From Utricularia gibba (Eukaryota > Plantae > Magnoliophyta): DNA of 64,000 nucleotides. Positions 25,766-36,713 of this stretch are shown piece after piece. Location of the stretch: contig NEEC01000004.1 of NCBI GenBank assembly GCA_002189035.1, positions 4,154,001-4,218,000 on the forward strand, read 5' to 3'. The notes below the pieces were generated by a model. It did no database searches. It saw nothing but the letters and a program-made list of their open reading frames with translations, and was not told the DNA's origin. Within the stretch, counting starts at the first letter, position 1; each line of letters starts with the position of its first letter. Both the position numbers and the translations under genes were made by a program.

Positions 25766-28115
25766 ATATGAAATGTGTGGGGTAGTGTTTTGTAATATTT
25801 CTAATTTTTAAAAGACTGACTACTTGTATGTTTTCTTGTGATTCATTTTGGTGTCAAGTCGTGAATCGGTCTTTCGTTGGTTAATGAAATTACACATATT
25901 TAAAATCTCAAATCTCAACTAATCTTATGATTAAGAATTGTTAAAATAAGGCACATCTTTAGGTCTTTTGGGATTAGAAGAAACAAAAAGCTTGTTCATT
26001 ATATCATTTTTAAATGTGAGAAAACCATGCAACTTCTTGAGACTAGATTGAAAGTCAAGAATTACAAACTGTTGAGAGTAAATTTCAATGAGACTCAATG
26101 CTATGGTTTCAACATTGAGGATGACATTCTAATGGGAATTAAGTATACATTCTATTTTCTAACATAGATTTAATAGATACTCAGTTTTTCCTCTATCATA
26201 ATTATCATCATTCTATTGATGATTCTTGGGTTGTTGTCCCTATATGCTCATAAACAATAGGGTAGCAATATCATAAAAATGTTCATCTCTCAATTACATA
26301 ATTTTAGAAATTGCTATATTTATTATTTAGATTTGAATAAATTATTAATTTCAAAAATACACTGTAATATAATTATCTATTCGTATTTTATTTTATTTTT
26401 ATCATCGTCTCATCAATTATAAATATTTATTTTTACCCATTAATCGAAATAAAAAATATTAAACGTATTTTGCCATTAACACTGTGAATTCATTTTAAAA
26501 ATATATCCACAATGGAAATATTTAAAAAGAACTTTTTAGTTGTTGTCTATTCTTTTTGAATCGAAATTGTTATCATTCTCTAAAAAAAATCCAATAAGAT
26601 GATACACTATATATTCATCAGTAATACTATGTCTCGAACGTTTGTTATTAAATGCAACACCTTGATCATGGATATCCAATTGTTTTGAAAAAAAAAACTA
26701 TTATGCGCCGTTTATACCACTAAGCGATGTCTGTTTTTTTGTTTAAAAAAATTTAGATAAATATTTATGTGCATTTAATATAGCAACATATTTGAGATAA
26801 TTATGAGATATTTAGATCAATATTTACATTGTATAACAACTAATTAAACAGTATAACATATCTATTTATTAGGTTTTTTTCAACATCATGCATTTTAAAT
26901 ACAAATAATATTGAATATATCATTCTTTTTTATAGTATTCATAAAATAATATCTATAAATATGAAACACACTGATAAAAAAGGGAAATGTAAATATACGC
27001 TAACATTTCATTATATTTTTTTGAATAAAATGATTTATTTTAAATTCAAATAATAATTTTTTATTTTGTTAAAGACGTTTGAAAAGATGGTCATTTCTCA
27101 AATTATATAAAAAATAGATGATTATTTCTCAAACAAACTCAATATTATCTATTTGTAGGGTTGAAAATTTGACAACATTGTGAAATGTTTGTTTCTATAA
27201 GCTTTTTTTTTCCCAATAAAACATTCTCCCCAGCCTAATAAACCTAATTTAATTGTGGAAATGGGGTTTGTAACCTCCATAAGTTCAATGTCTATACATG
27301 TGAGCTCCCACAAGGTAGAGAGAGATAGGTGTCCTTAGGGGATGGTCCATCACAAGCCAATAATTCACTATGACCAAATGCTGTGCGGATGGATCAAATC
27401 CATGGATTCTGGGGTGAAACCTTCACTTGTTTTTTTTTACTGCAAGTGAAAATTTACTGTTTCTGGTTCATGGTTTGTATGGTAGCAAACGGTTCCACGG
27501 GCGGTTCAGGGTTTGTGTGGCCTGAACCGATGCTGTGGTTGAGTGGGGTTCCAAGGACACTGCTGCAAGCGACATAAAACCTTCCTTGTGGCTGCTGCAG
27601 CTGCAGACACTTGAAGGCCTTCTCCTACATTACAAAAATAGACTTGGTTAGATGGAGATTGCTGGTGCTATTAAATATCGCTTTTGACATTTTGTAAATG
27701 CCTTGTCTGCTTCACTGTTTATCTGTCAGATTGACAGAACTTTCAAGTCATGTCATTTGTACATTCAGAATTTAGGCAAGAATTCAAGAAATGGGGCCTG
27801 TTTATGACAGACAATCAACCCCCAAGAGCCAGTTACTTTTCAATAATACATGCCAGCCGTCCCTTGCTATGTGTTCACGAGTTTGTGTGAGTTACCTCAC
27901 TGATGCTCTCGGAAATCATGCAGATTTTACTCACTAAACAAGAGTTGCATATTATCCGACGATGGAAGTTAGACAGAACAAGGTAAAAAGTCGACTCTGG
28001 TCTTGTACAAGGCCGCAAACAAGTGAAAAAAAACAGCTCTTGTACCCAGAAGCTCAGAGTTTCAAACTGTCTGTCATCTATCATGGCATATGTTATTTCA
28101 TCACTAAGCTTTTGG

Positions 28116-29333
28116 TTATTTGTATGGCTTCTCGGCCAGATCTATCTCGTCGTTCTCGAAAACATCATCCAATTCCATAGCTGCAGAACGGCAGCTGTTG
28201 CTGCAGAATCCTATCTCACCCCTGAAGGACAAGAAGAAGAAGAAATAAATTGTCAGTCTCTTTGGAAGAGAACTTCTTTGTGATTGTGCGAGCTGGGCTA
28301 ACCTGTACATGTACACATCTTCACCATCCAGGCTCTTATTGCAAGCATGGCAAACTTTCAAGAAGTCATCCAGTGGATAACTCTCAAGAGGTACACTGTC
28401 CTTGCAGTTGATCATTGTACTGTGAACGTTGCCATCATGAAATTCGAATATGCAGTCTCCAAAGATATGTGTAACTTTCGGGTTGGGGCCATGCTTTCTA
28501 ACACACGTATAATCTTCAGAAAGTTCTATTTCACTTGCTGGAATGGAACAAACAAAACCAGCTTCAGATTGAACAGATGTTTGCATTCCCTCATAAAGAG
28601 AATCACTTCCTTCCACCAGCTTAGAGTGAACAAGGCTTGTCCTTGGTTTATTCTCAGAAACGGAGTTTCCTATTCCAAAACTTGTAGACTCTACTGCGCA
28701 AGAAGGGAATCCTTTCCAAGACATAGTGTCAGGTGCAACTTCTCCTATCTCAAAAACGACACCAGAATCACACTTCTGGAATTCAGATGTGTTTGAAGTA
28801 CTAGTTTCAGGTGCAACTTCTCCGATCTCAAAAACGACACCAGAATCACACTTTTGGAATTCAGATTTGTTTGAAGTACCAGGAAAGCTAGGAGCATGTT
28901 CAGGGAGGGCAGGGGTATTGACTTGGGTATCAAAATTGTTACTTCTCACAGTCACTTGTCGGCCTAAGAAAATGCTCTTGTTATCAGGAAACATATTGCT
29001 AGCCCCGGATGTCTTATTTCCACTATCGAGAGCATCTGCAAGCCCCAAGCCTACTTTACCACAACCCCAGCTCTTTGTATGAGCATCATTGTCGGACCTA
29101 GGATGCCTAAACGAGTTTCCAAGACTTAAAAAGATTCGAAAATCTAATGGAGAGGTGGGACTTCTAACTGAATCGGATTCAGAATACTTGGTGTTGAACC
29201 CCACAAACAAGCCGGGTACCTTGAGAATAGAGTTGTAATCATGCTTTTTGTTCAAAACATCACCCACAAACAGGGGCTCCGGTACACCCATCTTTTGATC
29301 CTTCTGAAATGATCTGTTTCTCTTCCTCAGCAT
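28116..29333 (-). CDS. FCS-like zinc finger (FLZ, DUF581) protein, long FLZ10/11-like type; 2 exons
   Basis: Starts MLRKRNRSFQKDQ. Motifs SPTSPLDF, VGLGLADAL, EIELSEDYTCVRKHGPNPKVTHIFGDC. FLZ domain FLKVCHACNKSLDGEDVYMYR|GEIGFCSNSCR is split by a GT-AG intron at 28222-28302. Confidence 0.93.
   Translation of the reverse strand: MLRKRNRSFQKDQKMGVPEPLFVGDVLNKKHDYNSILKVPGLFVGFNTKYSESDSVRSPTSPLDFRIFLSLGNSFRHPRSDNDAHTKSWGCGKVGLGLADALDSGNKTSGASNMFPDNKSIFLGRQVTVRSNNFDTQVNTPALPEHAPSFPGTSNKSEFQKCDSGVVFEIGEVAPETSTSNTSEFQKCDSGVVFEIGEVAPDTMSWKGFPSCAVESTSFGIGNSVSENKPRTSLVHSKLVEGSDSLYEGMQTSVQSEAGFVCSIPASEIELSEDYTCVRKHGPNPKVTHIFGDCIFEFHDGNVHSTMINCKDSVPLESYPLDDFLKVCHACNKSLDGEDVYMYRLAQLAQSQRSSLPKRLTIYFFFFLSFRGEIGFCSNSCRSAAMELDDVFENDEIDLAEKPYK
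28729..28879. repeat. 78-nt tandem duplication inside the FLZ coding exon
   Basis: Units start at 28729 and 28807 (tcaggtgcaacttctcc...gaagtac). Each encodes SEFQKCDSGVVFEIGEVAP, 26-aa period, with few mismatches. Confidence 0.95.
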
Positions 29334-30410
29334 GATCTTGGAAAGCCAGAACACTGAACAGATTAAGAGAAATCTCAATCAAACCAACGGTGAAAGATAA
29401 AGACTAGATTTTTAACCGCACACAGGAAAAATCTTCCGGGTTTACTGTTCATGGAAACCGCAAAAGCCGATTGTTAACGGCACGGGTGGAGCTTGCTCTC
29501 CTCTTTAGAAAAATGCAAAGTGATGAAAAAACAAGGCAACAAATCAAAATCCTTGTACCCAGAAAAAAAAAACCCAAGGGAAAAAACTCCAAAAACGCTT
29601 GATCAGATCTCGTAAGACAAATGAAAAGAAAACAAAAAGTAAAAAACAAGCTCCACGCACCGACCTTCTGGTGTTCTCCCTCATACCCAAAAGCTAAAAT
29701 CAAATAAAGACACGAACTTGGGGGAGAAAGCAACAAATCTCACCCAAACAACGCATCAGAAAACTCAACAAACAAGGATTGAAGGCAATATACTCAACAA
29801 AAGAACACCTTTCCTCCTGAGGCGTTCAAGAGTCTCTGAGAGATGGGGCTTGTGAGAAATGGAAACGGAGGAGCATTGAAACGAAATGCTCCAGAATAGA
29901 ATAGAGAGAAGAGGGGAGATCAAGACAAACTAGTATGTCTTTATCTCTGGTTTCTGTGTGTACTAATACTTGCAAATGGAGAGTGTGTAGCGTAGTTGTC
30001 CTGGCTATGCGCGTGGGCGTGTGTGTTGCGAGAGAGAGAACCTTGTACAGTACTCTACTTCCTTCTTCTACAACCCCCTCCCCTTCTCTCTCCCTGCTTC
30101 CTGCATCAAAATCAGAGAACCCGTATGCTTCCCACACACTCCCCTTTTTTCCTCAGTTTCCCCTTTTTCCTATCCCCTTCTTTTTGCTACACCTGGCGCT
30201 ACAGTTTTCCAAGCCCATAACAATACACAGAAAAATGGCCCACCACCCAAACCTGTGGTCTCCCATATTCCCAAGAGAAAAAAAAAAAGTCTTCCTGAAA
30301 ATCAGAGACCAAGACTCAGATTCGAAAAAATCTTAATTATTGATTAGGTGGATTGTGAAGTACAATGATCGTATTAGAAAAATATTATAATCAATTAATT
30401 ATTCATGATT

Positions 30411-30429
30411 TATATATATATATATATAT
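30411..30429. repeat. (TA)n microsatellite
   Basis: About 9 TA units read directly from the sequence. Confidence 0.8.
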
Positions 30430-30849
30430 CTATTTATATTTATTTATTTATATAATATTAAATTTCTCGATATAATATTATTTTGCTCCAATAATCGATT
30501 TTAAATGAAACTCATCTTTGGTTCCATTAAAATTGATTTTCTTTAATGTGGGTAGCTAATACTTAGATTATAATTGAATTTAATTTTTATCCTCTAAGTC
30601 CAATGTATTTATTTTTTTTAACATAAACTAAAATCAATAAAGAATTCATCTTGATTATCCAAATCATACATAAAACAAATTTTATAATAATATATTAAAA
30701 TTAAGAATCTGTTTATACGGACGACTATGTGTGAATCTTAAATACATAAAAAATATAAATTATATTAAAAAATAGATAGACCTAATCAATTATTGTTAAT
30801 ATATAAATTTTTATATATATTTGACTATATCACTTTAACTTCTAAATGT

Positions 30850-31621
30850 GCTATTGTTTTACCTTAGTATCTAGAAGCCATTCAGTGTTGTTCAAACCCT
30901 CAATCACCCTCCTTGATGAAGGTTGCAATACAACACAAGTGCTTGTTCACCTTATTCTCCATCACATAGTAAATTTCCTCCATCACCTTTGAAGTGAATG
31001 GCTTGAATCTTGATGGTAAACTGGTTGGAGAAGAAGGCATTGAGTAGCAGCTACCCTCCCTCCTCCCTACTTCCATCCAAAGGCCAATGGGAAAAGGGTC
31101 AAAGTGTGTTGTGTTTAGTACATAGGCTGCTACGCCCCCTCCACTTTAATGGTGAATAAGTCACTGGGAGCTGCAAGTAGCAAGTTGCTAGTTGGTAAGA
31201 CCCAACAGTGACCACATCTCTTGCGTCCTTGTCTACTCCTAGCAACACATTTTGAACCACTTGGGTGATTCAACCAGTCACCTGCATCCTATACCCCCTC
31301 TCCCTATGCTTCCACGCTTCCATCCATCCATCTCACCTTCCTCTGCATGACTTACCTCAATAGTAATGAATGGAAAAAATGGGCATGTGTCATGACCCAT
31401 ACTTGTGTTGTAGGATACATTTTATTTTTTTAAGGAAAATATTTCATATAAAATTAAAGAAAATCTTCTATTTAAACATATTTACTTCTTTATACGTAAC
31501 TAATATGAGATATTGTCATATATTTTTAGTTTTATATTTTTCATTTCTTAGACACTCAACATTTTCAGTGAGTACTCCTCCTCTCATCATTAGCACGATC
31601 TCAAGTTTGATTCTGATACCA
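30850..31621 (-). mobile_element. Possible heavily decayed Ty1/copia LTR-retrotransposon remnant
   Basis: Minus-strand TGGTATCAGA (31621-31612) matches the tRNA-Met primer-binding motif. Downstream in the same orientation (about 31040-30970) lies FFSNQFTIKIQAIHFKGDGG, resembling the copia integrase segment ENQF..KIK.I.SD.GGE. No LTR pair or long ORF is visible. Confidence 0.3.
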
Positions 31622-34040
31622 AATATTACAATCAATTCTCATCTTACACAATGTTATTTACTTAAAATATTCAACTTTCATGGTTTTATGTTTTATCTTT
31701 TTAAGGAAAACACATCATATAAGATTAGAGAAGATCCTCTAAGTAATTTCCTCCCTTATCCGCAATTAATGTAGAATACCATCATAGGTACATCATATAT
31801 TGTATAAAAAAATAATTATTCTATATGTAATTTTTTTATTAAATATGTGAGGAAGAAATTGACAGTAAATACTTTTTAAAATGATTTATAGAGACTATAA
31901 TTCTTTTTTGTATTAACACACATGCATAAACTTATTCAAAAATGTATCTATCAAATAAAACGATATTTTACATATATATTATAATCATATAATACATTTT
32001 AAAATGTAAATACTAATAATTTAAATATATAATTAATTCATCTATCTTATCAGACCTAATATTACACCATACACTGAGAGAGTGGGGCCCCTGTACAATT
32101 TTGGCACCTGAAGTTTTACAAGTTTTCATTATTGATATTTCCTATCTGAAAATCTCATTTCAGGTACCTGCATTTTAAATTTCTCCCAATTCGTGATAAC
32201 GGCACCAAAATTGAAATTTCCTAATTTTTCCAGGCACCAAAATCAAATAAATTTTGCTACAAATCAACAGGAAGAGGCTATAAAAAAATTACAAAAAAGG
32301 AACTCAAATACAGTAAATACAAATTTTATGCCAACTGATTTGACAAAAATAAAATTAAAGGAAAGGTTTCAATATTCGTCTGTTAGAAAACGACAAAATA
32401 GCGGTTGGTGGGGCCCACTCCAAAAGAGAAAAAGAGAAAGAGAGAGAGAGAGGGAGAAGAAGTATCCCGAAAGTCTTCAATCTGCAGTGAAAAGTCGGTG
32501 ACCGGTTTTGCCCTTTTTAAGCTTTTGTTTTTTCCCTTTTTAATAAATACAGCCTGCCTTTTAGAGCCTCGAGGAGCTCATTTTCATCTCTCAACGTGTT
32601 TTTATTCTGTAGTATTATTATAAATATATTTTATATGCAGTTTAAATATAAAATAGATGCAGCTTTTTTAAAAAAATATTTTAAACTTTTTTTATTTTTC
32701 AAAAATTCAGACTTCTTTTATTATTATTCGAATAAAGTCCATTATGTGAGATACGGGAAGTACCTTGTAATTTGACAGCACGAAGAGGGGCTTAATTGTC
32801 ATTTCACCTGAAAGATTGCCTCGCCCCCGCGTCCACTTCGAAAGGGTCCCCGGGTATCCGACACGGTAGCTGACGTCCGTTGTGTGTTCACGACACGGAC
32901 ACGTAGGGAGGAAAATTTTGCAAGGCTAAAGTAAGTAGTATTTAAATCTCAGCTTTATTTTTATTTTTTATTTTTACAAATCATTTATCTCCCATTCTTG
33001 TCAGGGACAATCGATTTTCATGCTTTTTGAATCATTATGATTCAAGAGTCGAACAATTTTTTTTTGTAAATAATATTCTATTATTTTTATTTTAAGTATA
33101 TTAATAATAATATTAATTTGAGAATAATCGTTTAGATAATGATACACAGTGCAGTGATGTCCTTTTCAAGAAGTTGCATCCTGAAGTTTTTTGTTTTCCC
33201 AAAATGGGGGGTCACTCTCGTTAACCTAACCATGGTTAATGGACTAGATCTACCCACAGAGCCTCAACAACTGTATCCTTCATCGCTCGTTACAATTGAT
33301 AATTGATTTTATTTCATTTATATTTATGCATTTATATATGGGTGTCCTATTTTTTTTATATTTTTAAATGAATTTTATATTTTTTTATCAATTTAATCTT
33401 TTGAGAAATATTATATTTTATGATTTTTCAAGAAGATTTCGATCTAAATTCTTAGTGGAGGTGAATAATGGATATTCTGATAAATATTTAATTAAAAATT
33501 CTTAAATAAGATAAGATTTGAATCATATATCATAAAATTTAGGTATAAATTTTGATACAATTTCGTCAAGAAAGTACATTAAATCTCATAACCATATAAA
33601 TACCTTAGCACCAAGCTATTGAAGTTTTCGAAGTCTTTCAATAAATCTGTGAGTCTAAAATCAGATTTGATGTTTTTGTTTTCTTTTATTTTTCATCAGT
33701 TTTCATATTTTAGAATCAAGTACACATATTTAATCACTTACGACTAATGATCTACAATAAAACAAAATTTTTAAACAAACTGTTTTAAAAAAAAAAAATT
33801 CAATAGTCCAAATTATGAATTATTTGTATAAATGAATAATACTTTTTTAATCATTGAACCCGTAGTTCATGAAACGTGATTTTTCAACGAGCCCGCAAGC
33901 TGCAAACTGAAGTAGCCATCGTTGCAAATGAACAATTTGAAATGCAAGGAGCTCCTTTGCTGATGATCAAAACTTGCCCCGAGGCAAATGGGCATCCTGC
34001 TGCAATTTCAGAAGGCAGGGGGATCAGAACCAGAGTCACT

Positions 34041-36713
34041 TCACGGTCTGTAGTTGCAAAGATTCTCGAATCCCATGTACTCATGCCGCTCAAGCTTCCC
34101 GATCATGTTGGAGATCCCAACTCCGCCTGCTCACGAATGATGAACGTTACCATGATATCGAAGAATTCCGATGATGTCTGGTGGGATGTGGACTCACCCA
34201 GAGAGATGGCGCTGACGAAGATGGTGAAGGCCAAGATGAAGATGATGATCGACGCCCGCCCCATCGCGATGATCAGCCGCCGGACGATATGTTGTCCCAC
34301 AAGGGCAGCGATGGTCGCCACAACAAGAAGGTAAGCGGCTGAAACACACAAGTACTCAATGAAGCTCGTGCTCCAGGATACAGTGGTGGAAAAAGGATGT
34401 TGGATGGGATACCGTAAGGGATGGGAAAGCGCTTCAGGAGGTAGTATTCAACCACTGACATTGATGAAGAGAACATCATCGCATAGGTTGCAGTTGCACT
34501 CGAAACCTTACAGTGAAGAGAGGAGTTTCTTCAGGAAAGATGGTTGGTTATATGGGATGGATCATGAAGGTTACCTGAGGAGGAACACCTAATTCAAGGA
34601 AGAGAGGTCCCATGATGAATCCGCCACCAAGGCCAAGAAGGCCACCAACCACCCCGGCAAGCATGCCGAAGAAGCCATACACTAGAAGCTGATGTACTCT
34701 CAGGTTGGTGCCACTATCACCTTTTGAAGCTATTTTCTTCCATCCCATGTGCAGCCCGAGTGCTTCATAGCCATATACACTGAGTGATACCGGGATCTTG
34801 AAACGAAACCGGAGACGTTATGTTGTTTGAGATCAAGATTTGTGAGGACGGACATGAAGTCTTGAGTGTCATTTACCTGAAGCAGGTTCACTATCCAGAA
34901 TCTAGCTGAGCAAGTGGGAGTGTAGTTCTGTATGAGATAATGAACTCAAATGTGACAGCAAATCATAGGTAAAATGTATGATTTCAGGACAAAGTAAATG
35001 TAAGGGAAACCTTGACGATCTGCAGCACAAGGAATGCGATCCAGACAAAAGCGAGAAGCCCAAAATCCTTCCAGCTGACATTCTTAAGGATACTCACCTG
35101 AGATTAATGGGTCAGTTAGATTGAAATCAACGTAGTAGAACAAGAATTTCTTTACAACCTCTCGTTCTTCCACGTCATTAGCCTTATTCTTGGAGCTGCT
35201 GCTTGGTCCACCAGGAAGAAGTTTATACTCCACTTCTTTCCCTTCTCCTGAGACACAATATGCAGGCAAGCAAAATTCCTATGGCTTCAACACAAAAGAA
35301 GTTTCTCTTTGGTTATCAGAAAATGAAGAACCCGGATCAACCCACCATTTGTTTGTGAAACCTTGGCAGCCTCCTGCAGAAAAAATATTCCAGTTTTACT
35401 TAACAACAAACATCTTGTAAATCAGTTTAAGCAATTTCACTGACCTGTTTCAAGATCGTTTCTTTATTCCATGTTTCAAGTCCTTTGAGGAAGGCCCTAG
35501 TTGATGTAACTGCAGAAAAACTATAATGGATCAACGTGTTTGAAATAACAGGCAGATGTTTTCTCACATAGTTAGCTACGAAGATCACCTAAAAATAACA
35601 CGATAAGGAGTACTGTGACCATCCAGTCTGCAAAAACAACATTGAAGGTAACTCCAACACTAATGCCAAGCATGAGCATTGGTTGAATCAGAACTGCCAA
35701 GTCATAGTCAATAACAGGCATGTCAAGGGTGGGATGCCTGAGTTTAAGGTTGTAGTAAACAGTTGATGCTGCAGCCCCCATGATCATACCTGCAGAACCA
35801 TTCATGGATTCATTCTGCTCTGATTCTTAACAAATTTATGAACTTTGAATCTTTGTAGTTGGTCTACTAACAAATGTGCTACTCTTACATTTCGAGATAG
35901 CTGTAGCTGATTTTGGATCAAATCCAATGATCAAAGTAAGCATGGGAACAAATATCCCACCACCACCAACACCACCAACGCTTCCAAACGCAGCTCCAAG
36001 GAATCCAATTATGCTACCAACAACTAAGTTCCAATTGAACTCCAGATCCTGAATCCAATCACAAAATATTCATCCAACATAATGACTCATAAATCATTTC
36101 AGCAAAAAGATATTAATCAGCAAGAAGCCTGCTCTATGGCTCAGTAAGTAGAATCCATTATATCACCGAAAATTACATAAACAACGTCATTATAAGAGAA
36201 ATCTACAAACCACATTTACTTGTATTAGACTTAACCACCAACCCGCATTATTTTATAATGACTTATATTTTGCTGTAACTTGTCCCACTTGCAACATGAA
36301 TATTAAATGGGCAAAGACCGTCCTTGCACGTTATGTCATTAACGCTACATTGACGCATCACTTAAGGCTGTCATAACTTCTTCCAGACAACCCAACTAAC
36401 CTCATAAACATAAGGTAAGGACGAAAAATATACAAAAGAAGTGCCAAAGAAGGAAAGAAAAATCTGGGTAATCAACATAACTCACAGGCCAATGGTGGTG
36501 GTAGCCAGATTCATCAGCGCGCCATAGAAAATTAGCAACCGCGGATAACACATCAGGATGATCAGAATCTGGGTTCCGAGAAAAAGATGATCCCCGCACC
36601 AAACTTCGCTCAGCAGAAACATAAACCGAAGCCAAGAAAAAGCTCCAAACAACAGTGAAAAAAGGTGCAAAAGCGTTCCGCGTCTCGATATTTGACGCCA
36701 TTGAAAATCCCAT
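34041..36713 (-). CDS. TauE/SafE (sulfite exporter family) membrane protein, 12 coding exons
   Basis: Spliced by hand with all GT-AG introns and no frameshift. Motifs: [16 protein letters not shown]|[96 protein letters not shown]. Start may be 36713 or 36701. Confidence 0.94.

Noticed and set aside
31185-31245. Partial resemblance to TAS3 (GTAAGACCC and CTTGTCTA..CTCCT.AGC)
   Set aside because: Too many mismatches and gaps against tasiARF and miR390 sites, and the spacing is wrong. A decayed TE explains the region better.
31370-31774. 134-aa ORF and similar Phe/Ile/Lys-rich ORFs in AT-rich spacers (e.g. 1995-2213, 2680-2887, 18333-18569, 50898-51098)
   Set aside because: Low-complexity chance ORFs with no motifs or splice support.
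33876-34334. 152-aa plus-strand ORF and other long antisense ORFs (41975-42356, 46611-47099, 62045-62545)
   Set aside because: Shadows of GC-rich real exons or of a GC-rich promoter region, with no independent protein features.
34331-34411. TauE intron with donor GTATCC, possibly U12-type
   Set aside because: The donor reads GTATCCCA, not GTATCCTT, and I see no U12 branch site near the acceptor.
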